A stretch of DNA of 64,000 nucleotides, from positions 2,015-66,014 of the forward strand of contig MWCM01000005.1 in assembly GCA_002070055.1 (NCBI GenBank). Reading direction: 5' to 3'. The position numbers and the translations under genes are program-made. Position 1 is the stretch's first letter; each line of letters starts with the position of its first letter. The notes beneath the pieces were generated by a model. That model searched no databases. It had not been told where the DNA came from and worked only from the letters and a program-made list of their open reading frames with translations. This document shows, piece after piece, positions 52,000 to 62,417 of the stretch. The stretch is from a bacterium ADurb.Bin212. Lineage in GTDB: Bacteria > Patescibacteriota > UBA1384 > XYA2-FULL-43-10.

Positions 52000-54009
52000 A
52001 TGAAAGCGCTCTCCTACGCCGTATTTGTTGTTCGGTTGTTGTGGTACATGGTGTGGGGAGGGGCTTACGCCATATCCTCCTTCATCATTGTGCCATTCTT
52101 CATCGCGCTGGCACGGCTACTAGTTGCCGTGCTAAAGCAGTGCTGGGGCAACCTGGCCTGCTTCTACAAGAGGTGGGTCAAGAGGAGTGGCCTGGGCCGT
52201 GTGCTTCTTTGGCACGGTGCCGCCTTCGTCGTAATCATGGTTGTCGTCGGCTCATGGGGAGACGCACCGCGCACGCCCCAAGCCGGAAGCAACCAGGCAA
52301 AGGAGCAGGTGGCACCCGCTACCACTCCCGAGCCCATGGACAAAAAGCCCGAGGAGAAGCCTGCGCCTGCAGAGGTAAAGGATACTTCTCCGAAGGGGGC
52401 GCTAGGCAAGGGCGCATGGATCATCGAGCTGGACGAGGCCGAACTTGGCCAAGTCAAACAGATCAAAGATCCGGAGGCTCGCCAGAGTGCGCAGGTAAAG
52501 GCGGTTGTGGCTAAGGCCAAGAAAAACGGCCTGGGGCATATCATCGTCAAGACTGCCCACTTCGGTAAGCCGTATGGCAGCTGCCCGCCCGAGATGGCGC
52601 GTGAACTTGGCGAAGCCTGCCGCAAGGCTGGCATCCGCTGCTTCGGCTACGGCCGAATTCTAGCGGACGATGCTGATGCCGAAGCGGAGATGGCCAAGCG
52701 AGCCATGCGCCCTGCCAGAGATGGCGGGCTCGGGCTCGATGGCTACGTCTTTGACGCCGAAGGAGAGGTTAAGGGCAAAGATAAGAATCTGCGCCTAATC
52801 CTCGCTGATGTCAAAAGCTGGCTTAAGGCTGCGGCGCCTAATAAGCGCCTTGGCTACTCCAGCTTCGGCATCCCCTCCTACCACAGAGGACTCGCTTGGG
52901 ACACACTCAACGAGTTCTGTCACTACGCCATGCCTCAGTTGTATTGGCGCAGTTGGCAGAGTACTCAGAAGTGGTCCTTGGATGAGTCCCTTGGCAAGTC
53001 GCTCGCCTCTTGGCGCGACTGCCCTCTGCCGGTGGTGCCCACCGTGCAGAGCTACTCAGGAAAGCTTGGCGGCGTAGCCCGTGTCGAACCAGCCAAGATG
53101 AAGAAGTTCCTGGCCGGCCTCGACACAAGCTCCGGCTTCAACTCCTTCCGCTGGGACTATACGGGCCCAGAGCAGTGGCAGGTAATCCGCGACTTTAAGT
53201 GCGGGCAACCTAGTTACAAGCTCAAAGTTCCGGCGGAAGGCAAGCAGACTAGTGCCGCCTCGACCACCATGCCCAAGATGCCGCTTGAGCCAACTGGCAA
53301 AGGCGACCTCACCGGCATGGTTGTGGTCATCGACCCCGGCCACGGTGGCACCGACCCCGGCATGGGTTGGAAGGTGGAATGGAAGAAGAGCGGCAAGGCC
53401 CACAAACTCAAAGCGTGGGAAGCCGCCGTCACCTACCCCACCTCCTGGCAACTGGCCGCCACCCTACGATCCCGAGGTGCTTACGTCTACCTCACCGCCT
53501 GGGACCCGATCATGGCCCAGGTGCCGACGGGCGCTCGGGATCTACCGTTGCCGAGGAAAGCAACCTTCACGGACGACTGCAAGAAAGTCCGCGGAGGCAT
53601 GTTTTCGCAGCGCTTTGCCACAGTTTCGACTGCGGTTAAGCGCTTCGACGCCTCCGGAAAGAAACTGGGCTGGCGCCATGTTGCCTTCGTCAGCATCCAT
53701 GTGGACTCGCTCGGTGGAAATGTGAGCGGTGCCCACGCTGTTTGCTGGCCGGGAGATGTTGACCTTGGCGAACCGATCGCAGCTGAACTTGCAAAGATCG
53801 GCGTTGCCACACCCGGCAGACCACTCTGGGAGAAGACGAAGAGGATGGGCATCATTGCCCCAAGTAACGTTCCCCTTCGTCTCCGACTGGTGGTCGAGAT
53901 GGGAGTCCCGGCCAACGATGGCGGTGACTCATGGCGACTGCGATCACAAAAGCATCGACAGAAAATCATCGATGCCATCGCCAACGGCCTCGCCGCCGTT
54001 AACGACTAG
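52000..54009 (+). CDS. membrane-anchored bifunctional peptidoglycan hydrolase: GH25-like muramidase domain plus C-terminal N-acetylmuramoyl-L-alanine amidase (Amidase_3) (high-GC island)
   Basis: N-terminal TM/signal anchor, then a Pro/Ala/Lys linker. GH25-like blocks LGHIIVKTAHFGKPYG, GIRCFGYG, LDGYVFDAEGE and MPQLYWRSWQ, compared with the GH25 pattern FVIIKATEG...G.YHF...LWLD.E...PLWIA.Y. Amidase_3 signature MVVVIDPGHGGTDPGM. Confidence 0.6.
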   Translation: MKALSYAVFVVRLLWYMVWGGAYAISSFIIVPFFIALARLLVAVLKQCWGNLACFYKRWVKRSGLGRVLLWHGAAFVVIMVVVGSWGDAPRTPQAGSNQAKEQVAPATTPEPMDKKPEEKPAPAEVKDTSPKGALGKGAWIIELDEAELGQVKQIKDPEARQSAQVKAVVAKAKKNGLGHIIVKTAHFGKPYGSCPPEMARELGEACRKAGIRCFGYGRILADDADAEAEMAKRAMRPARDGGLGLDGYVFDAEGEVKGKDKNLRLILADVKSWLKAAAPNKRLGYSSFGIPSYHRGLAWDTLNEFCHYAMPQLYWRSWQSTQKWSLDESLGKSLASWRDCPLPVVPTVQSYSGKLGGVARVEPAKMKKFLAGLDTSSGFNSFRWDYTGPEQWQVIRDFKCGQPSYKLKVPAEGKQTSAASTTMPKMPLEPTGKGDLTGMVVVIDPGHGGTDPGMGWKVEWKKSGKAHKLKAWEAAVTYPTSWQLAATLRSRGAYVYLTAWDPIMAQVPTGARDLPLPRKATFTDDCKKVRGGMFSQRFATVSTAVKRFDASGKKLGWRHVAFVSIHVDSLGGNVSGAHAVCWPGDVDLGEPIAAELAKIGVATPGRPLWEKTKRMGIIAPSNVPLRLRLVVEMGVPANDGGDSWRLRSQKHRQKIIDAIANGLAAVND

Positions 54010-54112
54010 GCCGATTCCGCGGAGCCTAGCAACAAAAATCCGCGTTTTCAGAGCCGCCCTCGCAAGGGGCGGCTCTTAGTATTTAAAACCAGACAGAACA
54101 ACAAGAAAAATG

Positions 54113-54141
54113 TTGACAAACACACTCTCTTCTGTTAGTAT
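54113..54141 (+). promoter_or_regulatory. sigma70-like promoter (TTGACA-N17-TAGTAT) for the rpsF-ssb-rpsR operon
   Basis: Exact -35 TTGACA. The -10 TAGTAT matches 4 of 6 positions. Preceded by the hairpin AGAGCCGCCC-TCGCAAG-GGGCGGCTCT, which terminates the upstream gene. Confidence 0.4.
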
Positions 54142-54470
54142 AACTATGCTTATCGGCAGCAGATAAGGCGCCGTGAACTATCACACGGAGGGAAACTGGG
54201 AGGTTTCTCGGTAGTTCACGGCGTTTGCCCGACCCCTCAGCCCATATTGCATAATACTTATTGCATTTTGCTGTGTTCGATCTTCAATACTCAATGTTCG
54301 AGATTCGAAAATTGCTATTGGAAATTGAAATTCCCCCGCTTCTTTAGCTGGGGGAACTCGCGGCCGACCTAAATTGGCCAACATTATGCGAGTGCCAAAT
54401 TATAAAACGTATTAATTTACCACTGAAAATCATTTAACGGAATACATGGAAATTCTGTGTTTTCTGTGAA
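54142..54470 (+). promoter_or_regulatory. long structured 5' leader of rpsF (candidate S6:S18 autoregulatory element)
   Basis: Hairpins CTTATC-GGCAGCA-GATAAG, GCCGTGAACTA...TAGTTCACGGC (about 60 nt with internal GGAGGGAAACTGGGAGG), CCCCCGC...GCTGGGGG, and ACTCGC-GGCC...GGCC-GCGAGT. A ~360-nt untranslated region is unusual in this compact genome. Confidence 0.35.
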
Positions 54471-54506
54471 GATAATTATGTGGAAGAAAATAACATAGGA
54501 GTTTTT

Positions 54507-55286
54507 ATGCGACAGTATGAAATGACTTATCTCTTATCAGACAAAGTCAATGATAACGAGATTACCGCCACTACTGGCAAAATTAACGGAATTATTACCG
54601 GACGCAAGGGCAGAATATTAGGAGAGGAAAACTGGGGCCGTCGCAAATTGGCCTATCCGATTGTAAAACAGGATTTTGCAACCTATATTACCCTAAACTT
54701 TGAACTCGAACCGGACCAATTGGCAAAGATTATTCGCGATCTAAAGTTAACCAAAGAGGTTATTCGCCATTTAATTGTGGTTAAAGATTACGGCAAAGAG
54801 GAGCTTAAGCTCTCTGTAGATGAGATTGCTGAAACAGAGGAAATAGAGGAAGTTGTTGGTGGAGAGAAAAGTTTTGAAGCGATTGAAGGGGAAACAGAGC
54901 AAAGCTATGATCTTATGGCTAAGAGGGAGGAGACCTCCGAAGAATCTGAAGGTGATGCAGATACGGCCGACAAAGAAATTGAAGCAGAGAAAAAACCGGA
55001 AACAGAAGAGAAAGTAACAGAAGCAGAAGCAAAACCAGAATCAGAAACCATAAAAGAGGAAGAAAAAGTAGAGGTTGAGGAAGCGGAAGCATCAAAACCA
55101 AAGAAAAGAACTGTCAAAAAAGAGAAAAGTCTTGAAGCTGAAGTTGAGAAGGAAGATAAAAAAATAGCCAAAAAAACCATTAAGGCCGAAGCAGTAGATG
55201 ACAAAAAACAAAAAGCTGAGGCTGAGGCTGATCGTTTGGCAAAATTAGACGAAGAGATTGAGGGCATTTTAGGAGACGATCTCTAA
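54507..55286 (+). CDS. rpsF: 30S ribosomal protein S6 with long acidic/Lys-Glu-rich C-terminal extension
   Basis: MRQYEMTYLLSDKV...GRKGRILGEENWGRRKLAYPI, the S6 core. GGAG RBS. An ~150-aa EK-rich tail. Confidence 0.9.
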   Translation: MRQYEMTYLLSDKVNDNEITATTGKINGIITGRKGRILGEENWGRRKLAYPIVKQDFATYITLNFELEPDQLAKIIRDLKLTKEVIRHLIVVKDYGKEELKLSVDEIAETEEIEEVVGGEKSFEAIEGETEQSYDLMAKREETSEESEGDADTADKEIEAEKKPETEEKVTEAEAKPESETIKEEEKVEVEEAEASKPKKRTVKKEKSLEAEVEKEDKKIAKKTIKAEAVDDKKQKAEAEADRLAKLDEEIEGILGDDL

Positions 55287-55404
55287 TCAATTAGAGATCG
55301 CATCGGGTTTTGAAATTTTATGGTATTTCTATCCGGCCAGGCAGGCAGAACTTACCAAGACGCAAGCATTATGGTAAAGTTGAGGTAATTAACTAAGGAG
55401 TCCA

Positions 55405-55890
55405 ATGTTAAATCTAAATCGTGCACAGATATTAGGCAACCTGACCAGAGACCCCGAGATGAGGTTTACGCCAAATGGTCAAGCAGTATCAAACTTTGCA
55501 GTAGCCACCAACAGAAGATGGAAAAATCAAGACGGTAGCGCTGGAGAAGCAACAGAGTATCATGATGTTGTAGTGTGGGGCAAACAGGCAGAAAGCGTAT
55601 CGCCAATGCTCAAAAAAGGTCAGCCTGTTTTCATTGAAGGACGTTTACAAACAAGAAGCTGGGAAGGTCAAGACGGCGCCAAAAGATATAAAACAGAAAT
55701 AGTAGCCGAGAGTGTTATTGTATTGGGTAGCAAAGGCATGTCCGGATCAGACAATTATGCATATGAAAATGAGACAAACCCTGTAGAAAGCATCAGTAAA
55801 TCATCAAGCAACAAAGCAGATACCAAGGGAGATATTGCGCAAAATGCCAACGCAGACGACGAAATAGACATTGAAGAGATTCCATTCTAA
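55405..55890 (+). CDS. ssb: single-stranded DNA-binding protein
   Basis: MLNLNRAQILGNLTRDPEMRFTPNGQAVSNFAVATNRRWKNQDG OB-fold. Acidic C-terminus ending DIEEIPF. Confidence 0.9.
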   Translation: MLNLNRAQILGNLTRDPEMRFTPNGQAVSNFAVATNRRWKNQDGSAGEATEYHDVVVWGKQAESVSPMLKKGQPVFIEGRLQTRSWEGQDGAKRYKTEIVAESVIVLGSKGMSGSDNYAYENETNPVESISKSSSNKADTKGDIAQNANADDEIDIEEIPF

Positions 55891-55929
55891 TAATATTAAT
55901 TAATAATAACCGGATTTGTAAGGAATTAA

Positions 55930-56172
55930 ATGAAAAGAGAATTCAGAAAATCACAGAACGAGCCTAAGTTCAACAAAAAATGTTACTTTTGCGTCAACAA
56001 AATTAAAGATGTTGACTATAAAGACGTGCCAACACTTAGCAAATATTTGAACCGTTGGTCAAAAATTGAATCGAAAGACAGAAACGGCAACTGTGCCAAG
56101 CACCAAAGATGGCTGACAACAGCCATCAAGAGAGCAAGATTTTTAGCTCTTTTACCATACATAAGCAGATAA
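55930..56172 (+). CDS. rpsR: 30S ribosomal protein S18
   Basis: [60 protein letters not shown], the S18 signature. Confidence 0.9.
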   Translation: MKREFRKSQNEPKFNKKCYFCVNKIKDVDYKDVPTLSKYLNRWSKIESKDRNGNCAKHQRWLTTAIKRARFLALLPYISR

Positions 56173-56282
56173 TTTTCAATTTACAATTTACAAAAAATAT
56201 CCAGATATCAAATATGATTTTTTTGGGAATTGAGTAGTTGGCTATTAACTGAAAATTGACTATTGATCATTGGGAATTCACC

Positions 56283-56840
56283 ATGTTAGCAATCACCGAT
56301 TTAAAAAACGGCACTAAGTTTATCTATGAAGGAGACCCCTTTGTAGTTTTGAGTTACTCTCAAAGTAAAATGGGGCGTGGTGGTAGTGTGGTCAAGGTCA
56401 GAATTAAAAATCTTAAAAATGGCAACGTTTTAACAAAAACTTTCCAAGGTGCCGACAAATTTGAATCTGCTGATCTTGCAAGGCGCAAAGCTAATTTTCT
56501 TTACAGCGACGAAAAAGAAGCTAATTTTATGGATTTAGAAAATTTTGATCAATTCTCGATTCCTATTTCGCAAATTGGCGATCAAAATATCTACCTCAAA
56601 GAGGGCACAGACATCGATATATTACTGTTTAATAACACCCCTATAAACATCGAACTACCAATTAAAATGAAATTTATGGTTGTAGATGCTCCTCCTGCCA
56701 TAAAAGGCAATAGTGCCGGAGCAGTCACCAAAAAAGCAAGAATTGAAGGCGGTGGGGAGATCGACGTTCCAATCTTTATCAAGCAAGGTGATATAATTGT
56801 TGTAGACACTCGGGACGGGAGCTACGTAGAAAGAGGTTAG
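56283..56840 (+). CDS. efp: translation elongation factor P
   Basis: ITDLKNGTKFIYEGDPFVVLSYSQSKMGRGGSVVKVRIKNLKNG, the EF-P KOW-like N-domain. Start taken at MLAITDL. Confidence 0.9.
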   Translation: MLAITDLKNGTKFIYEGDPFVVLSYSQSKMGRGGSVVKVRIKNLKNGNVLTKTFQGADKFESADLARRKANFLYSDEKEANFMDLENFDQFSIPISQIGDQNIYLKEGTDIDILLFNNTPINIELPIKMKFMVVDAPPAIKGNSAGAVTKKARIEGGGEIDVPIFIKQGDIIVVDTRDGSYVERG

Positions 56841-56945
56841 AAAAAGTAAAGACCAAGAACCAAGAATTTTTGGATCCTAGATAATAATTTGATTGAGAAT
56901 TTTGGGTTTTGAATTTTATGTATTTGGTTTAATAATGGAGCGGGG

Positions 56946-57452
56946 ATGATAGTCAGCTACTCACAAATTATTGGTAGCGAGATATTGGCCATAAATGAGC
57001 AAAAAACTGTTGGCAAGGTTTCCGACGTTGTAATACAAAAAAATGACCTAAAAATTAAGGGATTTTTGCTACACTCTCCCTTCTTTTTTGTGCCACCCAA
57101 AGCAATCGCTTTCGGTGATATCTTAGAAATAGATAACAGAGCTGTTGTGACTCAAAAAGACGAAAATATTTTGCCTCTTAAAGAGCTGGTCTCAATCGAA
57201 AAATCCATAAAATCAAAACTTTGTGGCGTTAAACAAAGGGTAGTGACAAAGTCAGGAACTGCTGTTGGTGTTGTATATGACTACACAATAGAATCGAGCA
57301 CCGGCCTGATATACTCGCTCTATGTCAAAAAGTTTTTGACAGAGAAAATTATTCCCAGATCGATAATTTTAGAACTTAAAGAGAACATATATACTATCGA
57401 AGACGACTATGAACTAATAAAAAACAGCGCTACCATGCCCGAAACCGCCTAA
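56946..57452 (+). CDS. PRC-barrel-like domain protein (hypothetical)
   Basis: Two ~80-aa segments with PRC-barrel-like composition. No catalytic motif. Confidence 0.45.
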   Translation: MIVSYSQIIGSEILAINEQKTVGKVSDVVIQKNDLKIKGFLLHSPFFFVPPKAIAFGDILEIDNRAVVTQKDENILPLKELVSIEKSIKSKLCGVKQRVVTKSGTAVGVVYDYTIESSTGLIYSLYVKKFLTEKIIPRSIILELKENIYTIEDDYELIKNSATMPETA

Positions 57453-57483
57453 TTAACCTCAAGATGTTCATAATAAAAATCCC

Positions 57484-57519
57484 CCCTTCTTTCGAATCGG
57501 GGATTTTTATTTATTTTAG
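57484..57519. terminator. bidirectional intrinsic terminator between the PRC-barrel gene and groEL
   Basis: AAAAATCCCC...GGGGATTTTT: A-run, GC stem, T-run. Confidence 0.55.
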
Positions 57520-57537
57520 GTTTTGGGTTTGCGTGGC

Positions 57538-59208
<1,671 letters not shown>

Positions 59209-59283
59209 TTATTAATGTTTTAATGAAAAATGATTATTATTTTAATATTTTAAAAAAATTCTAAATTATATATTTTAAATTAT

Positions 59284-59562
59284 TTACAAAATTCCAAGAA
59301 TATCTTCTTCTTTCATAACTTTATATTCTACTCCGTCAATTTTAATCTCATCGCCGGAATATTTGCCGTAAACAACCTTATCGCCCTTTTTGACGCTAAA
59401 ATCATACTTTTTACCGTCTTTTTGTTTGCCTGTTCCTAAAACTATAACCTCTCCCTCGGCCTTTTCTTCTTTTGCAGTATCAGGAATATAAATACCTGAT
59501 TTGGTTTTTTCTTCAGCGCTAACCGGTTTGATTAGAACCTTGTCTCCAAGTGGCTGTAACAT
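59284..59562 (-). CDS. groES: co-chaperonin GroES (Cpn10)
   Basis: MLQPLGDKVLIKPVSAEEKTKSGIYIPDTAKEEKAEGEVIVLGTG... Confidence 0.9.
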   Translation of the reverse strand: MLQPLGDKVLIKPVSAEEKTKSGIYIPDTAKEEKAEGEVIVLGTGKQKDGKKYDFSVKKGDKVVYGKYSGDEIKIDGVEYKVMKEEDILGIL

Positions 59563-59701
59563 AGTTTCTCCTTAATATATTAATTGATACTACAACACAG
59601 ATCTCTCACGCGAATATTCACAAACTATAACGAAATATTTATAAGCTATTTGTGTCGATTTGTGTGGTGATTTGTGTTCTAATCTCTCTTACCGCTTTCC
59701 C

Positions 59702-59731
59702 ATTGTAAAGCATACTTTACATTTATGTCAA
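59702..59731 (-). promoter_or_regulatory. groES-groEL promoter TTGACA-N18-TACAAT (minus strand) with overlapping palindromic operator TGTAAAG-N4-CTTTACA
   Basis: -35 TTGACA at 59731-59726 and -10 TACAAT at 59707-59702 on the minus strand. The 18-bp palindrome 59704-59721 overlaps the spacer and -10. It does not match the canonical CIRCE TTAGCACTC-N9-GAGTGCTAA. Confidence 0.5.
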
Positions 59732-59742
59732 GAGTCTCAAAT

Positions 59743-59764
59743 AAAAAAAGGCTTTACAGCCCTC
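59743..59764 (-). terminator. intrinsic terminator of the upstream nucleotidyltransferase gene
   Basis: Minus strand: AGGGCTGTAAAGCCT hairpin followed by TTTTTTTATTT. Confidence 0.4.
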
Positions 59765-59851
59765 CAAGCCATTAACTTAAGATGAGGTGATGACGCAAGG
59801 GGGTAACGTCAAGCACCTCACATACCATACTACTATTGTTTGCGCTCTAAA

Positions 59852-60559
59852 TCAAGTCCTCTTTACATTAGCATTACTCTTTTTGGGCGGGTGGAAACGC
59901 ATTTCATTGTCGTTTACCACAATTAAATGAGGATACTTTTTTATTCGAGGATCATTGTTGATACGATTAATTTGTAACCCTTTGAGCCACATTTCGATTC
60001 TTTGTCCAAATATCCCGGACAACAATCTTTCGAATACTAATTTTGCTTTTGGCTGATTGCTTGAAACCATCATTTTTTGGGTTTGGGGTCTTATATTTTG
60101 GGCTGTAACATATTTCTGCATCCACCCATGATTGGTTTCAATCAACTTTTCAAAGACTATATGATCACCCGCCATTAGCAAAGACTGCGAATAGTTTTTG
60201 GCACAATATCTGTCCATTTCCTCTCCCCTATTATGAGGAATTATTAAGAATTCATCAGTTAGAAAATAATTCAAGCAAATCCTACCCCCATGATACTTGG
60301 ACTCATTAGAAGATCTTTTCAAGCCGGTTAGCCAAACCAATATTGTAGACAAAAAACGAGCAGTAAATATTCTGCCACTTTTACAAATTATTAACAGATC
60401 GATGTCTGATGTTCTCTTGCTTCTTCCTTGAGCCAACGAACCGTTTAGAATTACACAACGCACAAAAGGCACCCCAAAAATAAGGGTCGATATAATTTTT
60501 GCTACTCTGATACGTTTTTTTGTCAAATAATCGTTACTCATAAAGACAAAATATTGCAC
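59852..60559 (-). CDS. nucleotidyltransferase-fold protein (Pol-beta-like NTase superfamily)
   Basis: GSLAQGRSKRTSDIDLLII, the GS...DxD NTase motif. Confidence 0.5.
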   Translation of the reverse strand: MQYFVFMSNDYLTKKRIRVAKIISTLIFGVPFVRCVILNGSLAQGRSKRTSDIDLLIICKSGRIFTARFLSTILVWLTGLKRSSNESKYHGGRICLNYFLTDEFLIIPHNRGEEMDRYCAKNYSQSLLMAGDHIVFEKLIETNHGWMQKYVTAQNIRPQTQKMMVSSNQPKAKLVFERLLSGIFGQRIEMWLKGLQINRINNDPRIKKYPHLIVVNDNEMRFHPPKKSNANVKRT

Positions 60560-60761
60560 TTTTGATATTTTTTTTCAATTCCCATAACCTCATGTTACAA
60601 TATTATCGTAATAATAAAATAGAATCTAAAAAAAACCCCTTTAAAAACTGAAATTAAGGAGTTTTTTGTTTTTATAACAGTCATTAATATTATTAGTTGC
60701 TATATACTCGGTGCTTAGGCAAACAGTGGCACCATAAGTAACAAGTTCTTTGGAGGACAGA

Positions 60762-62408
60762 ATGGCTAAATACATCTTCGTAGTAGGTGGCGTTATGAGC
60801 GGTGTGGGCAAAGGAGTCGCGGCTGCCAGCATCGGCACAATTTTAAAAAGCAAGGGCTTCAAAGTCACTGCTATCAAAGCAGACCCTTATATCAACGTAG
60901 ACGCCGGCACAATGAACCCGACCGAACATGGAGAGGTATTTGTTACCCTGGACGGAGATGAGACAGATCAAGACATGGGCAACTACGAGAGATTCCTGAA
61001 TGTCGATCTAAATCGCGATAATTACATGACAACTGGCAGAGTCTATCAATCAGTCATAAATAAAGAAAGGAATTTGGAGTACGAAGGCCGCTGCGTCCAG
61101 GTAGTTCCACATATCCCCGAAGAGATTATCAGCCGCATAAAAAGAGCCGCCGAAAAAAATGATAATGATTTTGTGATCACTGAAATCGGCGGAACGGTTG
61201 GAGAGTATGAAAATGTGTTATTTCTGGAAGCAATTAGAATTTTAAAGATGCAACAACCACAGGATGTTTGCATTGTTATGGTTTCTTATTTGCCCATTCC
61301 ATACCATATTGGAGAGATGAAAACTAAGCCGACACAGATGGCCGTTAGATCTCTTAACTCCACCGGATTACAGCCTGATTTTATCCTCTGCCGGAGTGAA
61401 AAGCCAATTGATGATAAACGGCGCGAGAAATTAGCAATCTTCTGCAACATAAAACCAAACCACGCGGTATCGGCTCCTGATGTAAAGTCTATATATGACA
61501 TCCCGCTGAATTTTGAAAAAGAGGATCTTGGCAATAAGATCATTAAGCACCTTGGATTAAAAGCAAGACCGTCTAATCTTAAAAAATGGCAGGATTTTGC
61601 GAACAAGGCCAATTCAAAATTAAATAAAAGCGTAAAAATTGGCATAGTAGGAAAATATTTTACCACCGGCGACTATGTGCTTGCAGACTCATACATCTCA
61701 ATTATTGAGTCGGTAAAGCATGCCTCATGGAATAATAATTTGTCCTGTGATATAGAATGGCTATCCAGTGATGACTACGAGAGGGATCCTGAAAAGCTTG
61801 CCGAACTCTCTAAATACGATGGCATTATTGTGCCAGGTGGATTTGGCTCTAGAGGAGTAGAGGGCAAGATAGCCACAGCTAAATACTGCCGCGAAAACAA
61901 CATCCCCTATTTAGGTCTTTGCTACGGCATGCAAATAGCCACAATCGAGTTTGCCCGCAATGTGGCTGGTCTTAAAGATGCCAACACAACAGAGATTAAC
62001 CCAAACACCCCACATCCGGTAATTCATTTAATGCAAGAGCAAGAAAAAAAGATGGCAGAGCATAACTACGGCGGTTCAATGAGATTGGGCGGTTATCAAT
62101 GTAAATTAACAAGGGGATCAATATCATACGAAGCCTATAAAAAACATGCGGCAGATAAAGTTAATAAAGATACCATTATTGAAAGACATCGCCATCGCTA
62201 CGAATTTAATAATGATTACAGAGAAAAGTTAGAAAAACTTGGCTTGGTAATCGCCGGTCTTAACCCAAGCCAAAAACTAGTAGAAATTATTGAGATCAAA
62301 AACCATCCGTTTTTTGTTGGGACTCAGTTTCACCCGGAACTACAATCGCGCCCGCTACACCCGCATCCTCTATTTATGAGATTTATTGAAACGGCCGCCA
62401 ATAAATAG
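60762..62408 (+). CDS. pyrG: CTP synthase
   Basis: KYIFVVGGVMSGVGKGVAAASIG...DPYINVDAGTMNPTEHGEVFVTLDGDETDQDMGNYERFL. C-terminal GATase with GLCYGMQ. GGAGG RBS. Confidence 0.95.
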   Translation: MAKYIFVVGGVMSGVGKGVAAASIGTILKSKGFKVTAIKADPYINVDAGTMNPTEHGEVFVTLDGDETDQDMGNYERFLNVDLNRDNYMTTGRVYQSVINKERNLEYEGRCVQVVPHIPEEIISRIKRAAEKNDNDFVITEIGGTVGEYENVLFLEAIRILKMQQPQDVCIVMVSYLPIPYHIGEMKTKPTQMAVRSLNSTGLQPDFILCRSEKPIDDKRREKLAIFCNIKPNHAVSAPDVKSIYDIPLNFEKEDLGNKIIKHLGLKARPSNLKKWQDFANKANSKLNKSVKIGIVGKYFTTGDYVLADSYISIIESVKHASWNNNLSCDIEWLSSDDYERDPEKLAELSKYDGIIVPGGFGSRGVEGKIATAKYCRENNIPYLGLCYGMQIATIEFARNVAGLKDANTTEINPNTPHPVIHLMQEQEKKMAEHNYGGSMRLGGYQCKLTRGSISYEAYKKHAADKVNKDTIIERHRHRYEFNNDYREKLEKLGLVIAGLNPSQKLVEIIEIKNHPFFVGTQFHPELQSRPLHPHPLFMRFIETAANK

Positions 62409-62417
62409 CCTCTTAGG

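Noticed and set aside
52164-53984. Alternate-frame ORFs within the GH25-amidase island (51936..52514, 52164..52634, 53056..53451, 53252..53725, 53487..53984 and others)
   Set aside because: Arg/Pro-rich nonsense frames in GC-rich sequence. Only the 52000..54009 frame carries GH25 and Amidase_3 motifs.
54181-54384. 67-aa minus-strand ORF in the rpsF leader
   Set aside because: It lies within the hairpin-rich leader, antisense to the operon promoter. No RBS and an implausible sequence.
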